64,000 nucleotides of DNA from Planctomycetota bacterium (GTDB taxonomy: Bacteria; Planctomycetota; UBA8742; UBA2392). Position numbers and translations under genes: made by a program. This document shows positions 18,602 through 29,100 of the stretch, in pieces (positions within the stretch are counted from its first letter, which is position 1; every line of letters starts with the position of its first letter). The notes below the pieces were generated by a model, which saw only the letters and a list, made by a program, of their open reading frames with translations, was not told where the DNA came from and did no database searches. Location of the stretch: contig JAMQHL010000047.1 in assembly GCA_025993795.1 (NCBI GenBank), positions 6,529-70,528 of the forward strand. The letters are read 5' to 3'.

Positions 18602-20377
18602 CTACCGTTGCGCGAGCGGCAGACTCACGACGAAAGTGCTGCCTTTGCCAGGCGTGCTGCTGACCCGGACCGCCCCGCCATGGGCCAGTGCCACGTGTTT
18701 GACGATGGCAAGGCCAAGACCAGTACCGCCGAGCTCGCGCGAGCGCGCGCGGTCGACACGATAGAAGCGCTCGAAAATCCGGGGCAGGTGACTGGCCTCG
18801 ATCCCGGCGCCGGTGTCTTCCACTTCGACTACGGCATCGCCGTTGTCGGTGCTGACGCGGACTTCAACGCGACCCTCGCCGGGCGTGTACTTGAGCGCGT
18901 TGTCGAGCAGGTTTCCGAGCAACTGTTTCATTGCTTCGTCGTTCGCGAACACCCTGACCGGCGAAGCCGGAAGCTGGCACGCCAGCGTGATCCCCGCCTT
19001 CTGGGAAGTTTCGCGACACAGCTCAATGCACTCACTGACGATGGTTCGCAGGTCGATCGGCTTGCGCTCCAGCCCCTTGCCTTCCGCTTCCATGCGCGAC
19101 AGGCTAAGCAGGTCCAGCACAATGGTGTTCAGCCGCCGGGACTGTTTGGCGATGCGCCCCAGAAAGTCCGCACGCGTAGTGGGATCGATCGTTTCGTCGT
19201 CGATCAGTGTCTCTACCAACGCCTGAATGGCCGCGAGCGGCGTCTTTAACTCGTGGGACACGTTGCTGACGAAGTCCGTCCGCACAGTCTCAAGCCGACG
19301 CAGGTCCGTGAAGTCCGACAACACCAGCACGGCACCGGCCACTTCGCCGCGCGAATCCCGCAGTGGTGCGGTCCGCAGCTCAAGCTCGCGCGTTTCACTC
19401 TCGCCGGTGATGCGCGCTTCGCGGCGGTCATCTGATCCTGTTTCCAGCACAGCGTCCGCCGCCTCGTTCAACGCTGAAACCCGCACCGCCTTCCACACCG
19501 GCTGGCCGATGCAGTCCGCCGCATTCACGCCCAGCATTGCCGCTGCGGCCGCGTTGATGTGCACGATGTTCTGGCGCGCGTCGACGGCGATCACGCCTTC
19601 GGTCATGCTGGTCAAGATGGCGACGACCTGGTTGCGGTCGCTGACGATCGTGTCCATGCGTTCCTTGAGTTGTCGGGCCATGTCATTGAACGCAACCGCG
19701 AGCCGCCCGAATTCATCGCGGGAACCGATCGGCAGCTCCAGCTCATACTCGCCGGCCGCCAGTGCTTCGGCGGCTTTAGTCAATCGTGTCAGGCGGCGCG
19801 TCAGCAGACGCGCAAACAGTGCCCCAATCAGCAACCCGACCAGTGCAGCGATGCCTGCACTGGCCGCGATCAGGAGCCGGGTCTGGCTCAGCCTTTCGTT
19901 GATCTCGGTCAGCGGCACGGAGGTGCGCACGAAAGCCACGTGATGGGCGCCTTCAGGAACGGCGACAGCGACGTACATCATGTCGGTGCCGATGGTGCTG
20001 CTGTAGCGTGTCGCCGAGCCGGTCTGGCGCTCGCTGGCTTGCAGAATTTCCGGGCGTGTTGAATGGTCGTTCATCCCTGCTGCGTCCTCAACGGAATCTG
20101 CGACGACAGTGCCCGTGGTGTCAATCACCGTCAGGCGCACGCCGGCGCGCACGCCCGCTTCGCGAATGCGAGCTTGGTATCTGGTCGCGTTTTCGCCTTC
20201 GCGCGGCACAGCGACGTCACGTGAAAGCTGTGCTGCGGACGTGAGGTTTTGCTCAACTTCCGCCATTGCATCCTGTCGTTGCTGGCGCGACAGCAACACA
20301 CCGGCGATCGTGGTCGTCAATAGAATCAGAACGGCGTAGCTGGCGTAGAGTACCCACAGGAAGCTGGTCCGCCGCAT
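18602..20377 (-). CDS. phoR: phosphate regulon sensor histidine kinase PhoR-like (TM-HAMP-PAS-HisKA-HATPase)
   Basis: N-terminal TM, H-box SHELKTPLAAIQ, and ATPase N/G boxes (LLGNLLDNALKYT; VEDTGAGI; GGTGLGLAIVKH). Sits directly downstream of the response regulator and upstream of the pst genes. Confidence 0.75.
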   Translation of the reverse strand: MRRTSFLWVLYASYAVLILLTTTIAGVLLSRQQRQDAMAEVEQNLTSAAQLSRDVAVPREGENATRYQARIREAGVRAGVRLTVIDTTGTVVADSVEDAAGMNDHSTRPEILQASERQTGSATRYSSTIGTDMMYVAVAVPEGAHHVAFVRTSVPLTEINERLSQTRLLIAASAGIAALVGLLIGALFARLLTRRLTRLTKAAEALAAGEYELELPIGSRDEFGRLAVAFNDMARQLKERMDTIVSDRNQVVAILTSMTEGVIAVDARQNIVHINAAAAAMLGVNAADCIGQPVWKAVRVSALNEAADAVLETGSDDRREARITGESETRELELRTAPLRDSRGEVAGAVLVLSDFTDLRRLETVRTDFVSNVSHELKTPLAAIQALVETLIDDETIDPTTRADFLGRIAKQSRRLNTIVLDLLSLSRMEAEGKGLERKPIDLRTIVSECIELCRETSQKAGITLACQLPASPVRVFANDEAMKQLLGNLLDNALKYTPGEGRVEVRVSTDNGDAVVEVEDTGAGIEASHLPRIFERFYRVDRARSRELGGTGLGLAIVKHVALAHGGAVRVSSTPGKGSTFVVSLPLAQR

Positions 20378-20379
20378 TG

Positions 20380-21072
20380 CTAGGCGTCCTCCGTGAAGGT
20401 GTAACCCACGCCGCGACGTGTCTGGACAAGGTCGCGGGAATCCTTCAGCTTGCTGCGGATTGCTCGAATATGTGCGTCGATGGTGCGGTCACCAACGGCG
20501 GCGTGATCACCGAGTGCCCGGGTGATCAGAAGATCACGCGTGAAAACCCGGCCCGGCTGCGAAGCAAGCTCCCACAGGATCCGGAACTCTGTTGCCGTCA
20601 GGCCGACATCTGCGCCCTCCAGCGTGGCGCGGTGTTCCTCGCGAAGGAGTTTCAGTGCGCCGAACTGGAGGATCGCGGTGGTGCCGCGCGCGTCTGAAAA
20701 GCCGCGCCTCAAGACGGCGCGTACCCGTGCCACAAGAACTTTGGGACTGAATGGCTTCGTCACGTAGTCGTCGGCGCCGACGCCCAGGCCGATGACAACA
20801 TCGCTCTCTTCGCCCTTGGCGCTGACGATCAGGATCGGAATTGCCTTGGTAAGTGGGTCTGACCGAAGGCGGCGGCAAACTTCGATCCCGTCGACGCCGG
20901 GCAGCATCAGGTCCAGTAGCACCAGGTCCGCGCCGAACTCGCGCACAAGCTCAAGTGCTTCGCCGCCGTGCCCGCAGCTGCGCACATCAAACCCTTCGCG
21001 CTTAAGGTGGTGCTCCATCACCGCGCGAATGTCCGGCTCGTCTTCCACAACAATGATGCGCTGCGCGCCCAA
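20380..21072 (-). CDS. phoB: OmpR-family response regulator PhoB/PhoP-like
   Basis: Receiver domain (IIVVEDEPDI...LVLLDLMLPGVDG...ILIVSAKG, phospho-Asp in LLDLMLP) plus a winged-helix C-terminus (GVGYTF). TTG start at 21072 with a GGAGAG SD; an in-frame stop sits immediately upstream. Confidence 0.8.
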   Translation of the reverse strand: MGAQRIIVVEDEPDIRAVMEHHLKREGFDVRSCGHGGEALELVREFGADLVLLDLMLPGVDGIEVCRRLRSDPLTKAIPILIVSAKGEESDVVIGLGVGADDYVTKPFSPKVLVARVRAVLRRGFSDARGTTAILQFGALKLLREEHRATLEGADVGLTATEFRILWELASQPGRVFTRDLLITRALGDHAAVGDRTIDAHIRAIRSKLKDSRDLVQTRRGVGYTFTEDA

Positions 21073-21736
21073 TCACTCTCCTATCATGGCGCTCTCCTTA
21101 TAGCGCCGTTTTGCACGGGCGGGAGATTGGCAGTCGCCCGGAGGTTACCCTCTCATTTGTCGTCTCCGAGCCCAGTTCTGTTGTATGTGCCTAATACTTC
21201 GCGCCCATGGACTATGTCCCCGCCGAACGCGGAGAGCGCATGTGACGGGCACTCGGACTGTTCGTCACCTGCGCCACGAGTTCCCGGGCGATTCGCAGCC
21301 GCGAATGCCGGGGGGCAAGATGCCCAAGGGTCCAATGCACAGCCAGTTCGCGATCATGGGGCAAGCCGGCGCGTTTCCTTCAGGTCTCGCGCTGGGCGAA
21401 GTGCTGGGGGATCGGAATTGTTGAAATGCTGGTCTCGATCCGCATGCCGCCCCCTGCATGAAATTAGGCCATCACGCGCGAGCGTCAAGCGCTCCTGCGT
21501 AAACGCAGCCGGTATAGGGCACGCAGCAAGTGGACGCCAGCGACTGCCCCAAGCGGCATGCTTGCACCGGGTAGGGCAAGCGGTGCCGTCCGGTTGATTG
21601 CTTGCCATAGGCCAGAAGGATCTGGCGGTGGGCGATAACGCCGTCGTTCGCTTGCATGCCAATGCTGTCGCTGTCAGCGGCACAGTGGGCAGGCCGATGC
21701 ACCGTACGGTGCAGAAAGAGACCGGTAACACGGGTG

Positions 21737-22540
21737 TCACTGCAACAGCAGCATTACGGGCACGCATGCGCACACCGCCGCCGCAATCAACGCCGCCGCC
21801 AATGTCAGAATCCCCAGTAGCGTTCGCGTCGGCGCCGATGAGACTTGCCCGTGGGCGTCGATGCGCAGGCCGCCCGGCAGCAGGTCCGCAAACAGTACCT
21901 GCGAGGGCCGGTCGGGGTCACACAACAGTAGTTCAAGCTCTTCATCGGTGACAGGAGATGAGCTGCGCACATTGAGTTCCGCCATGAGAAGCTGGCCCGA
22001 TGGAGACATATACATGAACGTCAGGTCATAGGTCGTAATCCGGTCTTCACCGTTGTCGCGGCTCGACTCAATGACGATGGTCTGCGGCTTCACGTCATGG
22101 ACCCATGCCCATGTAAGAAAGCCCTTGCGCAGCATACGCACTGAGCGGATGCCCTCGGCGAAGCCCTGCCCAAGCGGCGCCAGGCCGAACAGCGCGAACA
22201 CCAGCGCCACAATGGCCAGCACCGGCACATCTACCACGAGGCTCACGATCATCAGTGCGCCAAGAAATCCGAACCACAGCATCGCAAAAAACATCGCGTA
22301 GGTGCCGCCAATCGCCGCAAGCATGCCGAGATCGGACACCCGTCGGGGCAGGTTTTCGTTCAGGACCGGAGGGGCGCTTCTGATGCGGCGCCGGTACACC
22401 TCCATGTTCAACTCACGGGCCGTCTTCACAACGAAGCGCGGCATACGTCGCTCTTCAGGCGTCGGCGGCTCGCCCGCATTGGCGGAACTCATCTCTTTCC
22501 GCATTGCCCCCAAAATCACTCTTTGCTGTCGCCGGTTCAT
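21737..22540 (-). CDS. hypothetical membrane protein (267 aa)
   Basis: ORF with a central hydrophobic stretch (MLAAIGGTYAMFFAMLWFGFLGALMIVSLVVDVPVLAIVALVFALFGLAPLG) and a C-terminal TM. No domain recognised. Confidence 0.4.
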   Translation of the reverse strand: MNRRQQRVILGAMRKEMSSANAGEPPTPEERRMPRFVVKTARELNMEVYRRRIRSAPPVLNENLPRRVSDLGMLAAIGGTYAMFFAMLWFGFLGALMIVSLVVDVPVLAIVALVFALFGLAPLGQGFAEGIRSVRMLRKGFLTWAWVHDVKPQTIVIESSRDNGEDRITTYDLTFMYMSPSGQLLMAELNVRSSSPVTDEELELLLCDPDRPSQVLFADLLPGGLRIDAHGQVSSAPTRTLLGILTLAAALIAAAVCACVPVMLLLQ

Positions 22541-22675
22541 CGCAACAGTGTAGCGCGCGGCGCCGGCACCATCGATTGCCGGGCCGAATCTCCGTGCGCA
22601 GCGGCGCGTCCGGCGTGTTACGGACGCGACGGATTTCCCCTGTGTGCGGCGCGTTCCATCGGCTAGAAAGGGTCA

Positions 22676-24568
22676 ATGCCTGACTGGATGGAACTGCTGC
22701 ATCTGCAGCATGTAGACCGGATTTTCGACACACCGGCACTTACGCTTGCCCTGGCGATGTCTGTAGGGATGGCGGCGATTGCCGCAGGCTCGGCGTTGCG
22801 ACTGCCGGGCATCCTGCTTGCGTTGGCGGCAGGCGTGCTGCTGGGCCCTGACTTCGCCAATATCATCCGGCCGGGCGTTCTGGGTGACTGGCTTCGCGTG
22901 ATTGTCGGTTTTTGCGTCAGTGTCATCCTGTTTGAGGGCGCGCTTTCCCTGAACCCACAGCGGCTCAAGCGGGCAGCCAAGTCGGTGCGCCGGCTTGTCA
23001 CCGTGGGTGCGCTCATCGCCGCCTGTGGCGCAGCTGCAGCGGCGCATTTCTTCATGGGCTGGCGCTGGGAGATCGCGGCGCTGTTCGGCAGCCTGTTGAT
23101 CGTAACCGGGCCGACCGTCATCTCGCCGCTGTTGCGCCGCATCAAGGCCGAAAAGACAGTCAGCACGGTGCTTTCGGCCGAGGGTGTGCTTGGCGACGCC
23201 GTGGGAGCAGTGCTCGCAACTGTCGTGTTCGGTATCGCCGTTGCCGCGCCAAAGGCTGACAGCTTCGGCGTTGCCCTGGGCGACCTGGGGCGCATCGTGC
23301 TGGTCGGCGGAGTTGTCGGCTTTCTGGTCGGCTTGCTGATCGCGGCGCTGGGACGCTGGCGGCGACTGACCCTGGAAGGCCTTGGCCGGGTGACAACGCT
23401 GGCGTTGGTGGTGCTGGCATTTCAGCTGTCAAACTCATTTGCCCATGAAAGCGGCGTCGTGGCCGCGGTGGTGGCGGGTATGACCGTGGGTTCGCTGGGC
23501 CCCGGGAAGCAGGAAGACCTGATCGAGTTCAAGGAAGAGCTGTCCATCCTGTTCATCGGGCTTCTGTTTGTTCTGCTGGCGGCCAACGTTCGCATTTCCG
23601 AGATCATCGGTTTGGCCGGGCGCGCGGGCATGGTTGCGCTTGCGCTGGTACTGCTGGTGCGCCCATTGTCGGTACTGATCTCGACCATCGGCGGCGGGCT
23701 GAACCTGCGTCAGCGGCTGTTCATTGCGTGGATTGGCCCACGCGGCATCGTGGCCGCAGCCGTGGCATCGTTGTTTGCCAACGAGCTGGCAGCGCGCGGC
23801 GTGCCCGAAGGCGCCGAGTTTCGCGCCGTGGTGTTCCTGACGATCGTGGTAACCGTGACGCTGGCCGGGCTTACGGGCTGGCCGGTCGGGAAGTTGCTGG
23901 GCGTGCTTGCCAAGACCAACCAGGGCTGGCTGATTTTTGGCGCCAACCGGGTAGCGATTGCAATGGCCCTGGCACTGAAGGAAGCAGGCGAAGAAGTCGT
24001 GCTTGTTGACCGCAACCGCGAAGCCATCGCCGAGGCCGAGGCAGCAGGTCTGCAGGTCATCAGCGGCAACGGTCTGGAAGTGAACACGCTGCTGCGCGCC
24101 GGTATTGAGATGCGTCGCGGCGTGATCGCGATGACCGGCAACGATGAGGTCAACCTGCTGTTCGTGCAGACGGCAAAACGCATGAACCAGCGGCTTCAGT
24201 TCTGGCTGATCCTGGGCGGGGCCAAGGGCGGCGTCACCGAACGCATGCTGGAAGAAGAGCACGCCAAGATGCTCGGCGGTCGAAAGGTGGACATCGCGTT
24301 GCTGGCTGCAATGCTTGAAGAGGGCCGTGGCGAGATCGAAACCCGCAAGCGCAGCGAGGCCGACAAGGAAGACGGCAAGACCATGATTCGGCGTGCGGGC
24401 GAGTTGCCGCTGCTGGTACGCCGGGGCAAGACCATTGAACCCGCAGGATCGAGTTATGACGGTGTCACCGAGATCGTGTTGCTGTCGCCACGTCTTGGTG
24501 TCAGCAAAGACGGCAATGGCAAGCCTGCCAAGGCAAGCAGCCGGCGTGCCGCCGTGCCACACGGATGA
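22676..24568 (+). CDS. monovalent cation:proton antiporter (CPA1/NhaP-type) with C-terminal RCK/TrkA-N domain
   Basis: ~12-TM Na+/H+ exchanger-like membrane domain followed by a Rossmann-like segment (QGWLIFGANRVAIAMALALKEAGEEVVLVDRNREAIAEAEAAGLQVISGNG) typical of TrkA-N. Confidence 0.7.
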   Translation: MPDWMELLHLQHVDRIFDTPALTLALAMSVGMAAIAAGSALRLPGILLALAAGVLLGPDFANIIRPGVLGDWLRVIVGFCVSVILFEGALSLNPQRLKRAAKSVRRLVTVGALIAACGAAAAAHFFMGWRWEIAALFGSLLIVTGPTVISPLLRRIKAEKTVSTVLSAEGVLGDAVGAVLATVVFGIAVAAPKADSFGVALGDLGRIVLVGGVVGFLVGLLIAALGRWRRLTLEGLGRVTTLALVVLAFQLSNSFAHESGVVAAVVAGMTVGSLGPGKQEDLIEFKEELSILFIGLLFVLLAANVRISEIIGLAGRAGMVALALVLLVRPLSVLISTIGGGLNLRQRLFIAWIGPRGIVAAAVASLFANELAARGVPEGAEFRAVVFLTIVVTVTLAGLTGWPVGKLLGVLAKTNQGWLIFGANRVAIAMALALKEAGEEVVLVDRNREAIAEAEAAGLQVISGNGLEVNTLLRAGIEMRRGVIAMTGNDEVNLLFVQTAKRMNQRLQFWLILGGAKGGVTERMLEEEHAKMLGGRKVDIALLAAMLEEGRGEIETRKRSEADKEDGKTMIRRAGELPLLVRRGKTIEPAGSSYDGVTEIVLLSPRLGVSKDGNGKPAKASSRRAAVPHG

Positions 24569-24604
24569 CCTCGACAACCGGCATGGTCCGGCTAACGTCT
24601 CGTC

Positions 24605-25525
24605 ATGAAGATCTGCCTGCTGTCGCGCAACCCGACGCTTTACTCAACGCGCCGTCTCAAAGAGGCCTGTGAGAAGCGACGCCACCGCGTCACAGTGGTT
24701 GACTACTTGCGTTGCTACGTTGACATCACCGCCCGCAGCCCCAAGGTCATGTACGTCGGCAGCGCGCTGGAGAAGTTTGACGCCGTCATCCCGCGTATCG
24801 CCAGCGGCAACGAAGCCGGCTATGGGGCGGCCATTGTGCGGCAGTTCGAGATGATGGGCATCTATTGCGTGAACGCCAGCCAGGCCGTTGTGCGCAGCGG
24901 CGACAAGCTGCGCAGCATGCAGTTGCTTTCGCGCAAGAACGTCGACCTGCCAAAAACCGGCTTCGCCCACGCGACCATGGACAAGGACGCGCTGATCGAC
25001 CTGGTGGGGGGGCCGCCACTGGTGATCAAGCTGCTGCAGGGCAGCCAGGGCGCCGGCGTCGTGCTTGCGCCGACGCGCAAAGCCGCCGAGGCCGTGATCA
25101 GCGCCTTTCAACAGTTGAATGCGAACTTTCTCTTGCAGGAGTTTATCGCCGAGGCCGACGGGCACGACATTCGCGCGTTTGTGGTCGGTAACCGGGTGGT
25201 TGCTGCCATGGAGCGCACCGCGCCACCGGGCGACTTTCGCAGCAACCTGCACCGCGGCGGCACGGGCAAGGTGGTGGCGTTGTCGCGCAAGGAGACCGCG
25301 ATCTCGCTGGCGGCTGCCAAGGCGATGAACCTGAATGTCGCAGGTGTGGACCTGATTCGGGCCAAGCGCGGACCGCTGGTTCTCGAAGTAAACAGCAGCC
25401 CGGGTCTGGAGGGTATTGAGACCGCCACGGGCGTGGATGTTGCCGAGGAGATCATCAAGTTCATTGAGGAAGAAATCGTCGAACACCGCGAACTCGACCC
25501 GCACCGAACTAAACTGGATGCATAA
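24605..25525 (+). CDS. rimK: RimK-family alpha-L-glutamate ligase (ATP-grasp)
   Basis: Collinear with E. coli RimK from the N-terminus ([27 protein letters not shown]) through the ATP-grasp core (LPKTG...[18 protein letters not shown]...LLQEFI...[17 protein letters not shown]...[11 protein letters not shown]...[16 protein letters not shown]...[17 protein letters not shown]). Confidence 0.85.
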   Translation: MKICLLSRNPTLYSTRRLKEACEKRRHRVTVVDYLRCYVDITARSPKVMYVGSALEKFDAVIPRIASGNEAGYGAAIVRQFEMMGIYCVNASQAVVRSGDKLRSMQLLSRKNVDLPKTGFAHATMDKDALIDLVGGPPLVIKLLQGSQGAGVVLAPTRKAAEAVISAFQQLNANFLLQEFIAEADGHDIRAFVVGNRVVAAMERTAPPGDFRSNLHRGGTGKVVALSRKETAISLAAAKAMNLNVAGVDLIRAKRGPLVLEVNSSPGLEGIETATGVDVAEEIIKFIEEEIVEHRELDPHRTKLDA

Positions 25526-25586
25526 CAGGCGGGTTGAAGCCGGATGGCACTTGCCTTTCCGGCGATCCGCCCCCTAAAAGCAAGCC

Positions 25587-26138
25587 ATGTCCGAACCAAG
25601 GCCGACAGCAAAGACTACCCCCCGTGCAGACCAGCGCGACTCGCGCCGCGATGCTGCGCAGACCGCCCAGCGTGCGTTCGCGCCAAGCCTGAACGCGGTG
25701 ACGTGGGCGCTGCTGCAGAAGCCGCAACGCACGCCCGACGACAACGAGAAAATGCTTTACGCCGCGTTTGCCAGCGCCTTTCACTACCTTGAAGTCGGTG
25801 AGCCGGCGCACCGACAGCGCGCCGAGTGGCTGATCAGCCGCGTGTACAGCGCCCTCAACAACGGCAGAGAGGCCGTGCGCCACGCGCGCCGCTGCCTTGA
25901 ACTGACAGGTCATCATGCGGACGAAGTGGCTGACTTCGACCGGGCGTTTGCATACGAAGCCATGGCTCGCGCCCACGCTGTAGAGGGCGACAGCCAGGAG
26001 TCACACAAGTACTTCACACTCGCACTGGAAGCGGGACGAAAAATAGCCGACTCCGAACACAAGAAAGTGTTCGAAGCCGAGTTCCAGTCCGGCGACTGGC
26101 ACGGCGTAGCCTCAGGCGTTTTCAGCCTTGAACCGTAG
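25587..26138 (+). CDS. hypothetical protein (183 aa)
   Basis: ORF with coding-like composition and no recognisable motif. Function unassigned. Confidence 0.35.
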   Translation: MSEPRPTAKTTPRADQRDSRRDAAQTAQRAFAPSLNAVTWALLQKPQRTPDDNEKMLYAAFASAFHYLEVGEPAHRQRAEWLISRVYSALNNGREAVRHARRCLELTGHHADEVADFDRAFAYEAMARAHAVEGDSQESHKYFTLALEAGRKIADSEHKKVFEAEFQSGDWHGVASGVFSLEP

Positions 26139-26156
26139 CGAACCCGCGTCCCGTTC

Positions 26157-29100
26157 CTAGTTGCGCCGGTAGCGCTTGTCTTCGTTGAACCACGACTTGC
26201 AGAAGCTGTAGATTGTCCCAAGGACCGGCACTTTCTTGATCGTCTCGGATTCGGCGTTTTCCAGCAGTTCTTGTCCAAGCTGTGCCGGGCAGAAGCCCTT
26301 CTCGACACCTGCAACCCTTTGTTGCAGGTCTCGGTCAGAAATTTTGTCCGAAATGCGGTCGCCGATGGAATCCAGACAGCCCGTCACCTTATCCCAGTTA
26401 CGTTCGTTGTAGTTCATGATGCCGCCGAAAAACGCCTTCGGCAGACCAAGCAGCTTGTCGAGCCCGGTAAGTCCGACTGCGGCATCAACGGCGTCCTTAA
26501 CTTGTGGCTTGGGCGCGTCCGGGTTGTTCGCAGCCTTTTCACGCATGTCGTTAACCCATCGCGCCAATACGATGGCGTTGTCAAGCCTCGAAACATTATC
26601 AGCGAATGTCTTTGCGCCGGCGGGGAACGCCGGGTTATCCGGCTGGCGGAAAATGTTGTGCAGGTCCGCAGCCTCGTTGGTCATCTTGGCGCTGCGCGAC
26701 AACGCAAGTGTAGCCCTGCGCGCGGTGTCGAGCTGGCTTGGCTTGATCGGCAAGCCGCAATCCAGAATGTCCCGTTGCACCCGCGACAGGCGGGCGCCGA
26801 TCAGGCGCAGCTTGCTTTCGGTCAAAGTACCGTCTGCGATTGCATCATCGAGGTCTTTCTGCGCGGCAGCGATCTCAAGGTCGCACATGACGCCGTTGCC
26901 GATGCGGCGGCACATGTCCAGCGCGGCGCGCGTCACATCACTGTTCACTTTGCAGCGCTCGAACAGCGCTTCGAACTCGCGGCAGACGGCGAGCGCCGCT
27001 TCACGGTCCTGCGCGGCACGCAACCGGGTCAAGAGCGGCTCCAGCGCAGCCACAAGGTCGGACTCTGCAAGCTTGGTTGCCTCTTCCCCATCGAGTTCCC
27101 AGTTCAAGAGCTTGCTTGACTTGTTGTTCTCATTGTCTGATTCTGCGCACTGGTCAAAGGGGTCGATCATCACCACGAGCTCAGTGTCTCCGGCCTCAGG
27201 CACGAAGGTGTGGCTGTAGCGGTTCAGGAAATGCTCGGTGCCTACAACAGGCAGCAGCTTGAATTCCTTTGATTCACCGTGTCGCCATCCCACCGCCTCG
27301 AAGCGTTGCTCTGCGAGCATACGGAAACCCTTGCCGTACTGCGGGTTCTTTACATAGAAGCCCACGAGGCAACTGCCGGCCTTGGTCACGGTACGCCCGA
27401 GGTTGGTCGCACTGACAGACACGATCAGCATCTGGTTCGGCTTCGCGGACAGCGGGTTAATCTCAAACGATGTAACCGCAAGGTCCGGCAGCTCAGCCAG
27501 GGCTTCACGAAGCGCGGACAGCTTGAAGCGCATAGTGCCGGTGCGGTCGAGCAGCTTGATGTTGACCAGCACTTCGGCCTGGGCCAGCTCTTCCAGCGGG
27601 ATGGTATTGCCCATTCCCTCATCCGGCTCAGGCAGGCTAGCGACCAGCTTGACATGGCCATTGTACTCGGGGTTTCTCCAGCGTTCGGGGTTGGCAATGC
27701 GCGTGACTTCACTGATCGTGCCGGGCCTCTCTTCGCTGTCCCACGAGTATCCCTTGAAGTGAATGCTCATCGGCATGGGTTCACGCCCGGGCAACAGCAA
27801 GGCGGCCGAGTCGTACATCTTGTCCAAGGCCGCCGCCACGGTGCGAATGAAGCTCTCATTGGCTTTGGTTTGAATCCGGCGGCCATTGTCTGCCAGCGTC
27901 ACAATCAGCGTGTTGTCTGCAAGGGTCGTGTCGAGCAGTTTCTTGTTCAGGGACAGAAACCCTTTGTCTGTGCCAACGGCGTACATAAGCCAGACACCGT
28001 CCGCGCTGGGCAAGATGCTGCTTTCAGGCCTGTCCATTTCGGACTTTGCCAGCTCGCCCAAGGGCCCCGGCTTTTCCGCGGGCACGTGGGTATGGTCGGC
28101 GAACCACTCGGGAAAGTCGTTCATCAAGTGCTGGATCAGCCACTCCAGCACGTCGCCCCATGCGCCCCGTTCGGTGTCGCGAAGCCACTGCAATTGGTCC
28201 AGGCTCTGTAGCGAGTTCATGTCGCGCCGGTCGCGGGGGGCTGCGTACATCAGGTGCCAACCGCGGCTGTTGCGGTCTAGCCCTCGCCACTGGCGATGAA
28301 GCCACTTGGCGCGTGCACCGGTGATATCGTCGTGCCTCAGCCTGTAGAACATGCCGCGAGCATGCAGTGCGCCGCCACGTGCAAGGTTCACCGCGTAGAA
28401 GGGGTGGTTCTTGTCCATCGGCATGCGGCGGCCCAGCTCAGCACCCGCGGCAACATCACCAAGCGTCGCCAGCACAAAAAACGCGGTGGCTGTGACGTCA
28501 GCATCTGTCGATGCCGCAGCCAGCGCGCGCAGGCCATCCACACCGGTTTCGTCGCCGGCCAGCGCGAGCGCACCCAGCAGATAGGCACGGGGGACACCTG
28601 CGATTGCCTCTGACTTCAACACGTCACCCAGTGATGGCCGTGCGCCTTCGTGCACAAGCCGGAAGATTGCCGTGGAAGCGGCGATCGCAACAAACGTCGT
28701 CTTGGAAGTGGCCAGCTTCAGAAGGCGGGGCATGTGTTCGACCCGCGCGGTGGACTGCACCGCCATCGCGCATTCTTCAATCGGGTCACTGGATTCGAGG
28801 TTGTCCATCAGCAGGTCCATCACCTCGTGGCGCCCGCCCAGTTCTGCAAGGGTGGCTGCGGCGCGCAACGCGCCTTTTTCACTGACCGCATTTTCAAAGC
28901 GCCTTCTGAACTCGGCCCGCTGCGCAGGCGTGGGCTCAGGCAGTGCGTCAGACAGGCGACGCTCCAGGCGGTCGATCACTTTCAGGTGCGGCGCCAGGGC
29001 CGGCAGGCGGCCGCCGTGGCGTCGAAGCTGCGCAATCGCGTCGGTCGGCAAGTAAGAGGCGTCGCCGCGGTGAACGGCCCGTAGCATTTGGCGCTGACAA

